Assembly (NCBI GenBank): GCA_003230015.1
Contig: QIGO01000199.1
Coordinates: 1 to 58,612, forward strand
DNA: 58,612 nt
From: Alphaproteobacteria bacterium
GTDB taxonomy: Bacteria > Pseudomonadota > Alphaproteobacteria > UBA6615
Direction: 5' to 3'
The position numbers and the translations under genes are program-made. Numbering within the stretch: the first letter of the stretch is position 1; each line of letters begins with the position of its first letter. A model generated the notes under the pieces. The model saw only the letters and a list, made by a program, of their open reading frames with translations, did no database searches and was not told where the DNA came from. Positions 1 to 8,118 of this stretch are shown in pieces.

Positions 1-654
1 CGCGACGACCCGGAAAAAGGCCGGCTTGAGCCGATCGAAGAAGTCGTCGTCGATGTGGACAACGACTATGCCGGGGCGGTCGTCGAAGGGCTGGGCCAAC
101 GGCGGGGCGAACTGATCGATATGAGGCCGGGCGGCGGCGGCAAAACACGGCTGACGGTGCTGGCGCCGTCACGAGGGCTGATCGGCTATCACGGCATCTT
201 TCTGACCGATACCAGAGGAACCGGGGTGATGAACCGGGTGTTTCACTCCTATGCCCCGCACAAGGGGCCGGTGGTGGGCCGGCGCTCCGGCACGCTGATC
301 TCGACCGGCACGGGCAAGTCGGTGGCCTACGCCCTGTGGAACCTGGAAGAGCGCGGGCCGATGATGATCGATCCGGGGGTACCGGTTTATGCCGGCATGA
401 TTATCGGCGAGCACAACCGACCGGGGGATCTGAACGTCAACCCGCTGAAGGGCAAACAACTGACCAATATCCGCGCCTCGGGCAAAGACGACGCGATATC
501 GCTAACACCGCCCATGCGGCTGACCCTGGAACAGGCGATCGCCTATATCCAGGATGACGAGCTGGTGGAAGTGACGCCGAAGTCGATCCGGCTGCGCAAG
601 CTCTATCTCGATATCCACGAGCGTAAGCGGCATGCCCGGCGCGAGGCCGGCTAG
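1..654 (+). CDS. typA: Translational GTPase TypA/BipA, C-terminal part (5' end lies upstream of the window)
   Basis: Frame 1 is open from nt 1 (RDDPEKGRLEPIEEVVVDVD...) and runs into the listed 55..654 ORF. The C-terminal sequence (GLIGYHGIFLTDTRGTGVMN, LRKLYLDIHERKR) is typical of BipA. Stop is TAG 652-654. Confidence 0.9.
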   Translation, partial: RDDPEKGRLEPIEEVVVDVDNDYAGAVVEGLGQRRGELIDMRPGGGGKTRLTVLAPSRGLIGYHGIFLTDTRGTGVMNRVFHSYAPHKGPVVGRRSGTLISTGTGKSVAYALWNLEERGPMMIDPGVPVYAGMIIGEHNRPGDLNVNPLKGKQLTNIRASGKDDAISLTPPMRLTLEQAIAYIQDDELVEVTPKSIRLRKLYLDIHERKRHARREAG

Positions 655-658
655 CCTG

Positions 659-2254
659 CTAAACACCCTGATACTGCTCCTTGACCTTGAGGAAACGGAT
701 GTCGGGCCAATCTTCGCCGGCACGGTCGAGATGCCAAGCATTGCGGGCGAGAAATACCGGGGTGCCGTCGTGGTCGTCGGCCATGGCGTCCTTGTTATCA
801 TCGCCGAATTTTTTGACCAGTGCTGTGTCATCGGCCTCGATCCAACGGGCGGTATAGAGCGCTACGCCCTCGAAATGGACCGGAATCGAATATTCGGTGC
901 GGATACGGTCGGCCAGAACCTCGAATTGCAGACTACCAACGACACCGACAATCCAATCGGTGGAGGTGCGGCGCTTGAAAACACGCGCCACACCCTCCTC
1001 GGCCAATTGTCGGAGGGCGCGGCCGAGATGCTTGGCCCGCATGGGGTCGTCGGGGCGCACATTCTGGAGTTGCTCGGGGGCAAAACTGGGGATGTCGGAA
1101 AAATGAAGGATTTCGCCCTCGGTCAATGAATCGCCGATGCGAAGATTGCCATGGTTGGGCAGGCCGATAATGTCGCCGGCCCAGGCCTCCTCGGCCAGTT
1201 CGCGGTCCTGAGCCAGAAAGAGCTGGGCGTTGTTGACGTTGATTGCCTTGCCCGTGCGGACATGAAAGAGCCGGGACTCGCGTTTGAAATGTCCCGAACA
1301 TAGGCGGACAAAAGCGATGCGGTCGCGGTGGCGCGGGTCCATGTTGGCCTGAATCTTAAAAACGAAACCGCTGGTCTTGGGCTCGTCGGGGACGACCGCC
1401 CGTTCGACCGCCTTATGAGAGAGCGGAGGCGGCGCTAAATCGACAACGCCGTCGATGAGTTCACGGACGCCCAGGCTGTTGAGAGCGCTGCCGAAAAACA
1501 CCGGTGTCAGGTGCCCTTGGCGATAAGATTGGAGATCGAAATCCGGGCATAAACCACGGGCCATCTCGACATCTTCGCGCAATTTCCTGGCGGCGTCCTG
1601 CGGCAAGAGCTGATCGATCTTGGGGTCATCGAGGCCGCTACAGGGCTCGCCGGGCTGATTAAGCCGGTCGCGGGAACGGGCGAGCGGCACCAAACGGTCA
1701 TGGCGCAAATCATAACAGCCCAAGAAGCTGCGCCCCATGCCGATGGGCCAACTAACCGGACTGACATCCAGAGCCAGGGTTTGCTCAATCTCATCGAGGA
1801 GATCGAAAGTATCCTGGCCCTCGCGGTCGAGCTTGTTGATGAAGGTTATGATGGGGACGTCGCGAAGACGGCAAACCTCGAAAAGCTTGCGGGTTTGGGG
1901 CTCGATGCCCTTGGCGGCGTCGATGATCATAATCGCCGAATCCACCGCCGTCAGAGTGCGGTATGTGTCCTCGCCGAAATCCTCATGGCCGGGGGTGTCG
2001 AGCAGGTTCAACGTGCAGCCGGCATGCTCGAAGGTCATGACCGAGGTGGCCACGGAAATGCCGCGCTCGCGCTCAACCTTCATCCAGTCGGAATGGGCGC
2101 GGCGCTGGGCGCCACGGGCTTTTACCGCGCCGGCCTGCTGGATAGCACCGCCGAATAACAGGAATTTTTCGGTCAGCGTCGTCTTGCCGGCATCAGGGTG
2201 GGAGATAATGGCAAAGGTTCGCCGCAGTGCGATTTGATCTTTAAGGGCGGTCAT
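659..2254 (-). CDS. prfC: Peptide chain release factor 3
   Basis: GTPase motifs AIISHPDAGKTTLTEK, DTPGHEDF and NKLD, with full-length RF3-like sequence. I prefer ATG at 2252-2254 (MTALKDQIALRR) over the 25-codon upstream extension in the ORF track. Confidence 0.92.
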   Translation of the reverse strand: MTALKDQIALRRTFAIISHPDAGKTTLTEKFLLFGGAIQQAGAVKARGAQRRAHSDWMKVERERGISVATSVMTFEHAGCTLNLLDTPGHEDFGEDTYRTLTAVDSAIMIIDAAKGIEPQTRKLFEVCRLRDVPIITFINKLDREGQDTFDLLDEIEQTLALDVSPVSWPIGMGRSFLGCYDLRHDRLVPLARSRDRLNQPGEPCSGLDDPKIDQLLPQDAARKLREDVEMARGLCPDFDLQSYRQGHLTPVFFGSALNSLGVRELIDGVVDLAPPPLSHKAVERAVVPDEPKTSGFVFKIQANMDPRHRDRIAFVRLCSGHFKRESRLFHVRTGKAINVNNAQLFLAQDRELAEEAWAGDIIGLPNHGNLRIGDSLTEGEILHFSDIPSFAPEQLQNVRPDDPMRAKHLGRALRQLAEEGVARVFKRRTSTDWIVGVVGSLQFEVLADRIRTEYSIPVHFEGVALYTARWIEADDTALVKKFGDDNKDAMADDHDGTPVFLARNAWHLDRAGEDWPDIRFLKVKEQYQGV

Positions 2255-2344
2255 AGAATGAAATGTGGTTTCTCGGGGCAGGTGGAAACAAGGCCACTGG
2301 ATATAGTGATGCCCCGGCCTTGAGCGCAAGTGCCAAGCTTGGCG

Positions 2345-2929
2345 TTACCATCGGAGGATCAAACGATCTCCGGCGACCTCGAAGCTGTCCAACCGACCCA
2401 AGAAACTCATGCCGAGGAGGGAAATACTGATGGGGGCATCAATCACGGCGGCTTCCACATTGTAGTAGACGAGCTGGCCGATTCTGATTTGATCGAGGGT
2501 CACGGGTGCCGCCATTATGACGCCGTTCGCGGTCTCATAACGCTCGGTAAAACGCAGCCGGTTGCGGCGAATACCCAGACGCTCGGCATCGTCGGGGGAG
2601 AGGGCAATTGTGCTGGCGCCGGAATCAAACAACAGGGCGATCTCCGTGCCGTTGATAGCCGCATCGATAATAAAATGGCCGTTGCGGGTGGCCCGATAAG
2701 ACAACTCACGAACACCTTGGCCGGCGCTGGAGCGCGGCGAAGCGGCGCGTTGGCCTTGGCGCTCGCTTAACTGCTCAACCACGGCGCCAAAATTGGGGCC
2801 GCTGGTGAGAGTGACGACAAAAACGGCACTCGCCAACAGGGTGACGACGACCACACCCAGAGTCCATTTCAGGACCCCAGCAGGTTTTTCCTGGTGTTCA
2901 TTCGATGGGTCTTGATCAAGAGACGGCAC
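2345..2929 (-). CDS. Membrane-anchored retropepsin-like (clan AA) aspartic protease, TIGR02281-type
   Basis: One N-terminal TM helix (WTLGVVVVTLLASAVFVVTL) followed by a single retropepsin-like lobe with the catalytic motif LLFDSGAST. GTG start at 2927-2929. Confidence 0.7.
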   Translation of the reverse strand: MPSLDQDPSNEHQEKPAGVLKWTLGVVVVTLLASAVFVVTLTSGPNFGAVVEQLSERQGQRAASPRSSAGQGVRELSYRATRNGHFIIDAAINGTEIALLFDSGASTIALSPDDAERLGIRRNRLRFTERYETANGVIMAAPVTLDQIRIGQLVYYNVEAAVIDAPISISLLGMSFLGRLDSFEVAGDRLILRW

Positions 2930-3011
2930 CCGATCTGGCTCCCGGCCGTAGGCGGTGAGCCGGATTGTGCCGGCAATTGGATAATGTAACGCTAAGAGCG
3001 GTCGATCGGCG

Positions 3012-3218
3012 CTAATTTCCAGCCTCGGCCCGAGGCGCCGAGCGGCGTAAGAACGCGGCTACCAGAGCCACAATGGCGGCGCCAGAAAGAGCGCCTATGG
3101 CGATAATATCCAATGCATGACCACCGCCCGAACCGACAATCAGACCGGCAGCGATGCTGATGCCAAACGCTCTTGGCGAGGGCATATGGCGATCCCCTTT
3201 CGCGACCATCTTAGCCAA
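3012..3218 (-). CDS. Hypothetical small membrane protein (two predicted TM helices)
   Basis: Only ORF shape and hydrophobic segments (GISIAAGLIVGSGGG, IIAIGALSGAAIVALVAAFL). The start is uncertain (an internal MPSPRAF is possible). No recognisable family. Confidence 0.3.
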   Translation of the reverse strand: MAKMVAKGDRHMPSPRAFGISIAAGLIVGSGGGHALDIIAIGALSGAAIVALVAAFLRRSAPRAEAGN

Positions 3219-3298
3219 TCGGCGCCCATGTCCTGGCGGCGACTAGGGCTTAACGCGGAAGGGTTGGAAGCGATGTCCGACAGGGGGAAATCCGGCGG

Positions 3299-3796
3299 CT
3301 ATTTGGGCCTGGCCTGTGGATTGAGCCGTTGAATATGGGTCACTAGATGAGCGACGGTCTGTTTCAAAGCGAGGTATTTTTGCTCGGTCGCCTCGGTGTT
3401 GTCCTCGATCGGCGTATGGCTTCGCGTTAAAGACGGCGGCGGGCGACCGGCGGAGAAATGTTGTAAAGTCGCGTGCATTTGCTGGCGCAGCACTTGTTCG
3501 CGCTCTTGTAGCTTGACCATCTTGTCAACGCGCTCGTTAAGGCGCCGGTTTTCCTGAAGCAGCCGCGTCAACTCGGCGCGCTGAAGCTCTACCACATCGG
3601 CCAAATAAGCCAGCCGGTCGCCGTTGGGCAATATGGCCTCGCCGGCGTCGACGCCAGCGCTGACAAGCGGTACCGGAGCAAGACCAATAGAGGGCTCTCG
3701 ATGAGCCTGTTCTGGTGGGGGTAACCGGGTGGATTGCCCTTCGGAAATTCGGGCGGCAGCCAAGATGGATGCCGCAATATTCTTGATGGGAGACAT
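3299..3796 (-). CDS. Hypothetical protein with central coiled-coil-like segment
   Basis: ATG at 3794-3796 (MSPIKNIAAS). Heptad-like charged region AELTRLLQENRRLNERVDKMVKLQEREQVLRQQ. No family recognised. Confidence 0.45.
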   Translation of the reverse strand: MSPIKNIAASILAAARISEGQSTRLPPPEQAHREPSIGLAPVPLVSAGVDAGEAILPNGDRLAYLADVVELQRAELTRLLQENRRLNERVDKMVKLQEREQVLRQQMHATLQHFSAGRPPPSLTRSHTPIEDNTEATEQKYLALKQTVAHLVTHIQRLNPQARPK

Positions 3797-4078
3797 TGTC
3801 GTTCTGGAACACTCTCGCAAGACCAGCAGCACAGATCATATCGGATATCCGGCGGTGTCCCAAAGCGATCGCCGTGGGTAATGCCGAACGGACGACTACC
3901 ACATCCGGGCTCGTCAATGTTCCCCACCCGAACGGGCGGCAGCGCATACGCGCCCGATGACCGGAACGAGTGCTCCGGCCGGCGGGCGCCTACCGACAGT
4001 GCCCTGAGTTAGTGCCGCGAAACCGATGTCGCAGTTTACCTGCGGTGGGTTAGCGGCCGCCAACGTGAAATGAATCCA

Positions 4079-4372
4079 CTAATCCGAATCGCAACGGGTG
4101 ACGATGACACGACCGCGCCCACGCTTTACCAAATAACCACAGTTGGGAACGATGAGTTTGTTTTTTCCGATCAACCCTTCAATTGCCTCAGCGATCAGCC
4201 TCGCATTCTTATCTACAGGTTCCACGACGGTCTTATCGTCAGTCGCCAACCACTCGGCGAAAGCCTTCTCGCCAATCTCATCGCCAACGGATTTTTTCAA
4301 GGCGGTGAGCTTTCTTAGCTGACCCTTGGTGAGGCTTCTTAAGTCAATCTTAGGCTGGGCCTTACGCGGCAT
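4079..4372 (-). CDS. Hypothetical 97-aa basic protein
   Basis: ATG at 4370-4372 preceded by AGGAG about 10 nt upstream. The composition is protein-like (MPRKAQPKIDLRSLTKGQLRKL...). It sits in a lower-GC stretch. The overlapping plus-strand ORF 4070..4318 looks like its mirror image. Confidence 0.5.
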   Translation of the reverse strand: MPRKAQPKIDLRSLTKGQLRKLTALKKSVGDEIGEKAFAEWLATDDKTVVEPVDKNARLIAEAIEGLIGKNKLIVPNCGYLVKRGRGRVIVTRCDSD

Positions 4373-4833
4373 CGTACATACTCCTGAGGATTATATCCGG
4401 ATTCGTGTGCGGGATAAGGCCGTGGTAAATGACCCGGGTGGTTTTGTAAAGTTCAACGCATGCTGTTTACGGTTTTTGGCGCGGCCGGGGCGCACAATCC
4501 GGTTTGAATAATGTTTCATGTGAAGCATGTTCGCGAAGCGTCGATATTCGTTCGGCGAGGTTGCCGGACTCCCATCGCAGTGACAGGACAGCGGCCGCGA
4601 TTGAGGTCCGAGGTCGTGGCGTTGGTGGACACGAAAGAATGCTATTTTTGATTAGTGGTTAACAATATCGGTTGGGGTAATCTCTTAAAAAGGTTCTTGA
4701 ATAGACTGATTATTGGCAATTCTCCGCCACATTTTCGCCTTGCCCCGGGGCGCAGTATCAGTGCCTAGCGACAGGGGGTCCGGCAACGGCCGCCGCCGCT
4801 GTAAGCACCAAAAACAGCACCGGAGATGGGGAA

Positions 4834-6984
4834 ATGCGCGGGCCTATAGTGTTTGGTTCATTGGCGTTTACAATTGCCACTGTTGGTTATTCCTTGCCTG
4901 GCTATGGGGCGTCGGATGGGGCGTTGCGCGAGCAGGTATCGACGATCTTCACCCAGCGCTGCGCGGTGTGTCACGGTCCGGCGGGGGTGCGTAAATATGC
5001 CGAGGCCAAGGGCAAGTTCGACTATGTCCTCGATTTGGATCGCCTGGCCACCAGCGGCAAGCTGGTCAGCCCCGGCGATCCGCAAGCCTCGAAGCTGTTC
5101 ACCCTGGTGGCGCGCGACAAAATGCCCTATGGCGCCGACACCTTTGCCGAAGACCCCGTGCCGGCGGAAGAAAAAGCCGTCATCGAGGCCTGGATCACCT
5201 CCCTGAGCCAACCCCAGGGCAACCAGCGCGCCCTGCTTTCCAACCAGTTCATCCTCGATACCATCGCCGCCGATCTCGCCACCCTGCCCGGGCCGCGCCA
5301 GCGCCAGGCCCGTTATCTCACCCTGACCCATTTTTACAATGCCGGCGAGCCCGAAGACCGCCTCGAAGTCTACCGCCAGGGTGTCGCCAAGCTGCTCAAC
5401 TCCCTGACCTGGCAAAGCCTGCCGGTGATCCCCAAAGCCATCGATCCGCAAGGCACCATCCTGCGGGTCTTCCTCGACGAGCTGGGCTGGAGCAGCGATC
5501 TGTGGACCGAGATCGCCACCTTCGATCTCAATGAACTCAACAATCTCAACACCGCTGCTTATAACGTCAATCCCGACGATGCCCGTGCCCTGGCTTATGG
5601 CAAGGCGACACCGGCCGCCGGGCCCCTGCCCCGCCGCCGCGGTTTCCTGCGCCGGCCCGATCCCGACCAGGCCCCCTATACCTTCCTCAAAGCCGACTGG
5701 TTCGCTTTTGTCGCCTCGCGGCCGCCGCTCTATCACGACATCCTCAACCTGCCCTACACTCTCAACGGCATCGAGAAAATCCTCGATGTCGACCGCCGCG
5801 CCAACATCAAGGAGGCGCGCGTCGTGCGCGCCGGTGTTGTCGAGTCCGGCGTCGGCCTCAACAACCGCATGGTCGAACGCCATGACGCCAAATGGGGCGC
5901 CTATTGGCTGTCCTACGATTTCGGCGAGGATCTCGAAGAACAGGACCTGCTGCGCAACCCGCTGGGGCCCTATGGCTTCGCCCGCTCCTTCCGCTTCGAT
6001 GGCGGCGAGGTCATCTTCAACCTGCCGAACGGCTTCCAGGCCTATCTGCTGGCCACCGACGAAGGCTTCCGCATCGACAAAGCCCCCACCAACATCGTTC
6101 AGGACGCCACCCACCCCACCGACTCAACCATCATCAACGGCGCCTCCTGCTTCTCCTGCCATGCCAACGGCATGAACGAGGTCAAGGACGAAGTCCGCGC
6201 CTTCGCCCAAACCGCCGGCACCTTCACCCCCAAACAACTGACCCAAATCGAAGCCCTCTATCCCCCCGACGAGGTCTTCCAGCCCCTCATCACCGCCGAC
6301 CGCGACCGCTTCCTCGACGCCCTGCGCAGCGCCGAAATCGACCCCAGCCTGCGCGACCCGCAAGGCAACGAGCCCATCACAGCCCTGATCAGGCGCTTCG
6401 AGCGGCCCCTCGACATCAACCTTGCCGCCGCCGAGTTCGGTCTCGATACACAAACCTTCGCAGACCGCCTCGCGCAAACCCAAAATAACGACCTCAAAGA
6501 CGTCGCCGCCAGGCTCAAACAAGCCAACCTGCCAAGAAACCAGTTCCTCGCCGCCTTCGCCGATATCCGCAAAGCCGCCGTCACACAAGTCGCGCAAATA
6601 CCGACTCCGGTGCAAATCGCCGCACTGGTTAGCGAGAAAGAAGGACCGGCGACGAGCAAGGCGCAAGCCGATAGCGCGAAGCTGGCCGATGCCCGGCGGG
6701 GACCTTTGGAAATCAGATCAGTAGACGAAAATACGTCTTGGCTGGTGCAACTGGCATCGGGCCAGAAACTTGAAGCCTCACAATCGGCAGGCGATAAACT
6801 CAAGCAGCAATATGACGAGCTGATTGGCAAGCTCGCGTTCTACATTGAAGAGGCAAAGCTCGACAAAGGCACTTTCTACCGGGTCCAATTCGGGCCGCTG
6901 CAAAACCAAGGCGAAGCCGCCGCCCTGTGCGAACAGCTGGAGTCCGCCGACCAAGACTGTCTGGTGGTAAAGCCGCAGACCTAA
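4834..6984 (+). CDS. Secreted c-type cytochrome domain protein (planctomycete cytochrome c-like N-terminus, second CXXCH, C-terminal SPOR domain)
   Basis: GGAG-type RBS and a signal-peptide-like N-terminus. CAVCH lies at codons 43-47 (nt 4960-4974), inside a PSCyt1-like segment (KLVSPGDPQASKLF...MPYG...IEAWI). CFSCH lies at nt 6148-6162. The last ~80 aa match the SPOR pattern (WLVQLASGQ...FYRVQFGPLQNQGEAAALCEQLESADQDCLVVK). Confidence 0.75.
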   Translation: MRGPIVFGSLAFTIATVGYSLPGYGASDGALREQVSTIFTQRCAVCHGPAGVRKYAEAKGKFDYVLDLDRLATSGKLVSPGDPQASKLFTLVARDKMPYGADTFAEDPVPAEEKAVIEAWITSLSQPQGNQRALLSNQFILDTIAADLATLPGPRQRQARYLTLTHFYNAGEPEDRLEVYRQGVAKLLNSLTWQSLPVIPKAIDPQGTILRVFLDELGWSSDLWTEIATFDLNELNNLNTAAYNVNPDDARALAYGKATPAAGPLPRRRGFLRRPDPDQAPYTFLKADWFAFVASRPPLYHDILNLPYTLNGIEKILDVDRRANIKEARVVRAGVVESGVGLNNRMVERHDAKWGAYWLSYDFGEDLEEQDLLRNPLGPYGFARSFRFDGGEVIFNLPNGFQAYLLATDEGFRIDKAPTNIVQDATHPTDSTIINGASCFSCHANGMNEVKDEVRAFAQTAGTFTPKQLTQIEALYPPDEVFQPLITADRDRFLDALRSAEIDPSLRDPQGNEPITALIRRFERPLDINLAAAEFGLDTQTFADRLAQTQNNDLKDVAARLKQANLPRNQFLAAFADIRKAAVTQVAQIPTPVQIAALVSEKEGPATSKAQADSAKLADARRGPLEIRSVDENTSWLVQLASGQKLEASQSAGDKLKQQYDELIGKLAFYIEEAKLDKGTFYRVQFGPLQNQGEAAALCEQLESADQDCLVVKPQT

Positions 6985-6994
6985 GGCGCCGTTC

Positions 6995-7026
6995 GGGAGC
7001 CGGCATTCAACAATGTGCCGGCTCCC
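6995..7026 (+). terminator. GC-rich hairpin downstream of the cytochrome c/SPOR gene (no U-tract)
   Basis: GGGAGCCGGCA (6995-7005) pairs with TGCCGGCTCCC (7016-7026) around a 10-nt loop, 11 nt after the stop codon. It is followed by CACCCGCCCC rather than a T-run. Confidence 0.35.
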
Positions 7027-7170
7027 CACCCGCCCCCGGGCGGTTGTCCCGGGATTGGTTCAGCGGCGCTTTATAATGACTTGCCATTCTGTGTTTTTGT
7101 TGCATGTTCTTGGTCGATATGGGTCGCTGCCGGGATGTTGGCAGCGCGGTAGGTCAGCCAAGGTAAAAAA

Positions 7171-7574
7171 ATGAAATATCTACACACAATGGTACGGGTC
7201 ACGGACCTGGAGGCGTCTCTCGACTTCTATTGCAATAAACTCGGCCTGAAAGAAGTTCGCCGGATCGAGAATGAGAAGGGCCGCTTTACGCTGGTCTTCG
7301 TTGCCGCAGAGGGCGACGAGGACGCCAAGGTCGAGTTGACCTATAACTGGGATCCCGAAGAGACTTTGGACATATCGCCTATCGGGTGGAGAATATCTAT
7401 GCAATATGCCAGCGCCTGATGGATGGCGGGGTGACCATAAACCGGCCGCCGCGTGACGGTCACATGGCCTTCGTTCGCTCACCCGACAATATATCGATTG
7501 AAATTCTACAAGAAGGCGAGTCCCTGCCGCCGCAGGAACCCTGGGCGTCAATGCCAAATACCGGTGTCTGGTAG
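7171..7574 (+). pseudogene. gloA: Lactoylglutathione lyase (glyoxalase I) interrupted by a frameshift
   Basis: ORF 7171..7419 gives MKYLHTMVRVTDLEASLDFYCNKLGL...[10 protein letters not shown], then nonsense. The conserved continuation [49 protein letters not shown]...[11 protein letters not shown] is in another frame (open from 7347, listed ORF 7386..7574). The span 7171-7574 is 404 nt, not a multiple of 3. Confidence 0.75.
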
Positions 7575-7600
7575 TGACATAACCCAAGAGGCATCGGGTA

Positions 7601-7981
7601 ATGGCGCGCGTGGTCGGGGTCGGGGGTGTTTTCTTCAAGGCTGACGACCCGAAAGGTTTGGCCGCGTGGTATAGTCGGTGGCTTGGCCTGGTCATCGAAA
7701 ATGACTTCATCGCGGCGCAATTTTCGCCGGCGGATCAGCCGCCCGGCGGCTACACCGTGTGGCATCCGATGCGGGCGGATACCGACTATACAGCCCCTTC
7801 GGACAAGCCGTTCATGATCAATTTCATGGTCGACGACCTCGATGAAGCGCTGGCGCAGGTGCGCGAAGGCGGGGCGGAAGTTGTCGGCGGTCAGGAGAGT
7901 TATGAATTTGGCCGATTTGGCTGGTTCATGGACCCAGAGGGTAACAAGATCGAGTTGTGGCAACCTGCTGTCGTGCCGTAG
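7601..7981 (+). CDS. VOC (glyoxalase/bleomycin-resistance/dioxygenase) family protein
   Basis: 126 aa. The pattern VGGVFFKADDP...GRFGWFMDPEGNKIELWQP is typical of small VOC-fold proteins. Confidence 0.8.
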   Translation: MARVVGVGGVFFKADDPKGLAAWYSRWLGLVIENDFIAAQFSPADQPPGGYTVWHPMRADTDYTAPSDKPFMINFMVDDLDEALAQVREGGAEVVGGQESYEFGRFGWFMDPEGNKIELWQPAVVP

Positions 7982-7984
7982 GGC

Positions 7985-8050
7985 GCGCCGGAAGAGATCG
8001 CCAAATCGGCGCTCTATCCAGCCTCCGACGCTGCCAGTTTTACGACCGGC
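7985..8050 (+). pseudogene. Relic of the C-terminus of a short-chain dehydrogenase/reductase
   Basis: The frame starting at 7985 reads APEEIAKSALYPASDAASFTTG. This matches the conserved SDR C-terminal block (PEEIA..(L/V)(F/Y)LASD.ASF.TG). There is no upstream body (the VOC gene ends at 7981), and the expected VDGG that follows is absent. Confidence 0.35.
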
Positions 8051-8098
8051 CTGGCTGCTGGCCGAAAACGCATCGGTGTATTGACAGCGCTCAGCACA

Positions 8099-8118
8099 TT
8101 ATTCTAGTACTAGAATAA
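8099..8118. promoter_or_regulatory. Perfect 20-bp palindrome, probable PadR operator
   Basis: TTATTCTAGTACTAGAATAA equals its own reverse complement. It ends on the A of the first ATG of the PadR gene and is AT-rich in GC-rich surroundings. A consensus -35 (TTGACA, 8081-8086) lies 12 nt upstream. Confidence 0.5.

Noticed and set aside
4070-4318. 82-aa plus-strand ORF
   Set aside because: It is the mirror of the 97-aa minus-strand ORF. The minus-strand ORF has the better RBS (AGGAG) and a more protein-like composition.
4858-6114. 418-aa minus-strand ORF
   Set aside because: It is antisense to the cytochrome c/SPOR gene. Its composition is low-complexity (G/A/V/E/D-rich) with no recognisable domain.
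7842-8084. 80-aa ORF bridging the VOC gene end and the downstream spacer
   Set aside because: It is out of frame with the VOC gene, which it overlaps. The only meaningful signal downstream (the SDR-like block) is in a different frame.
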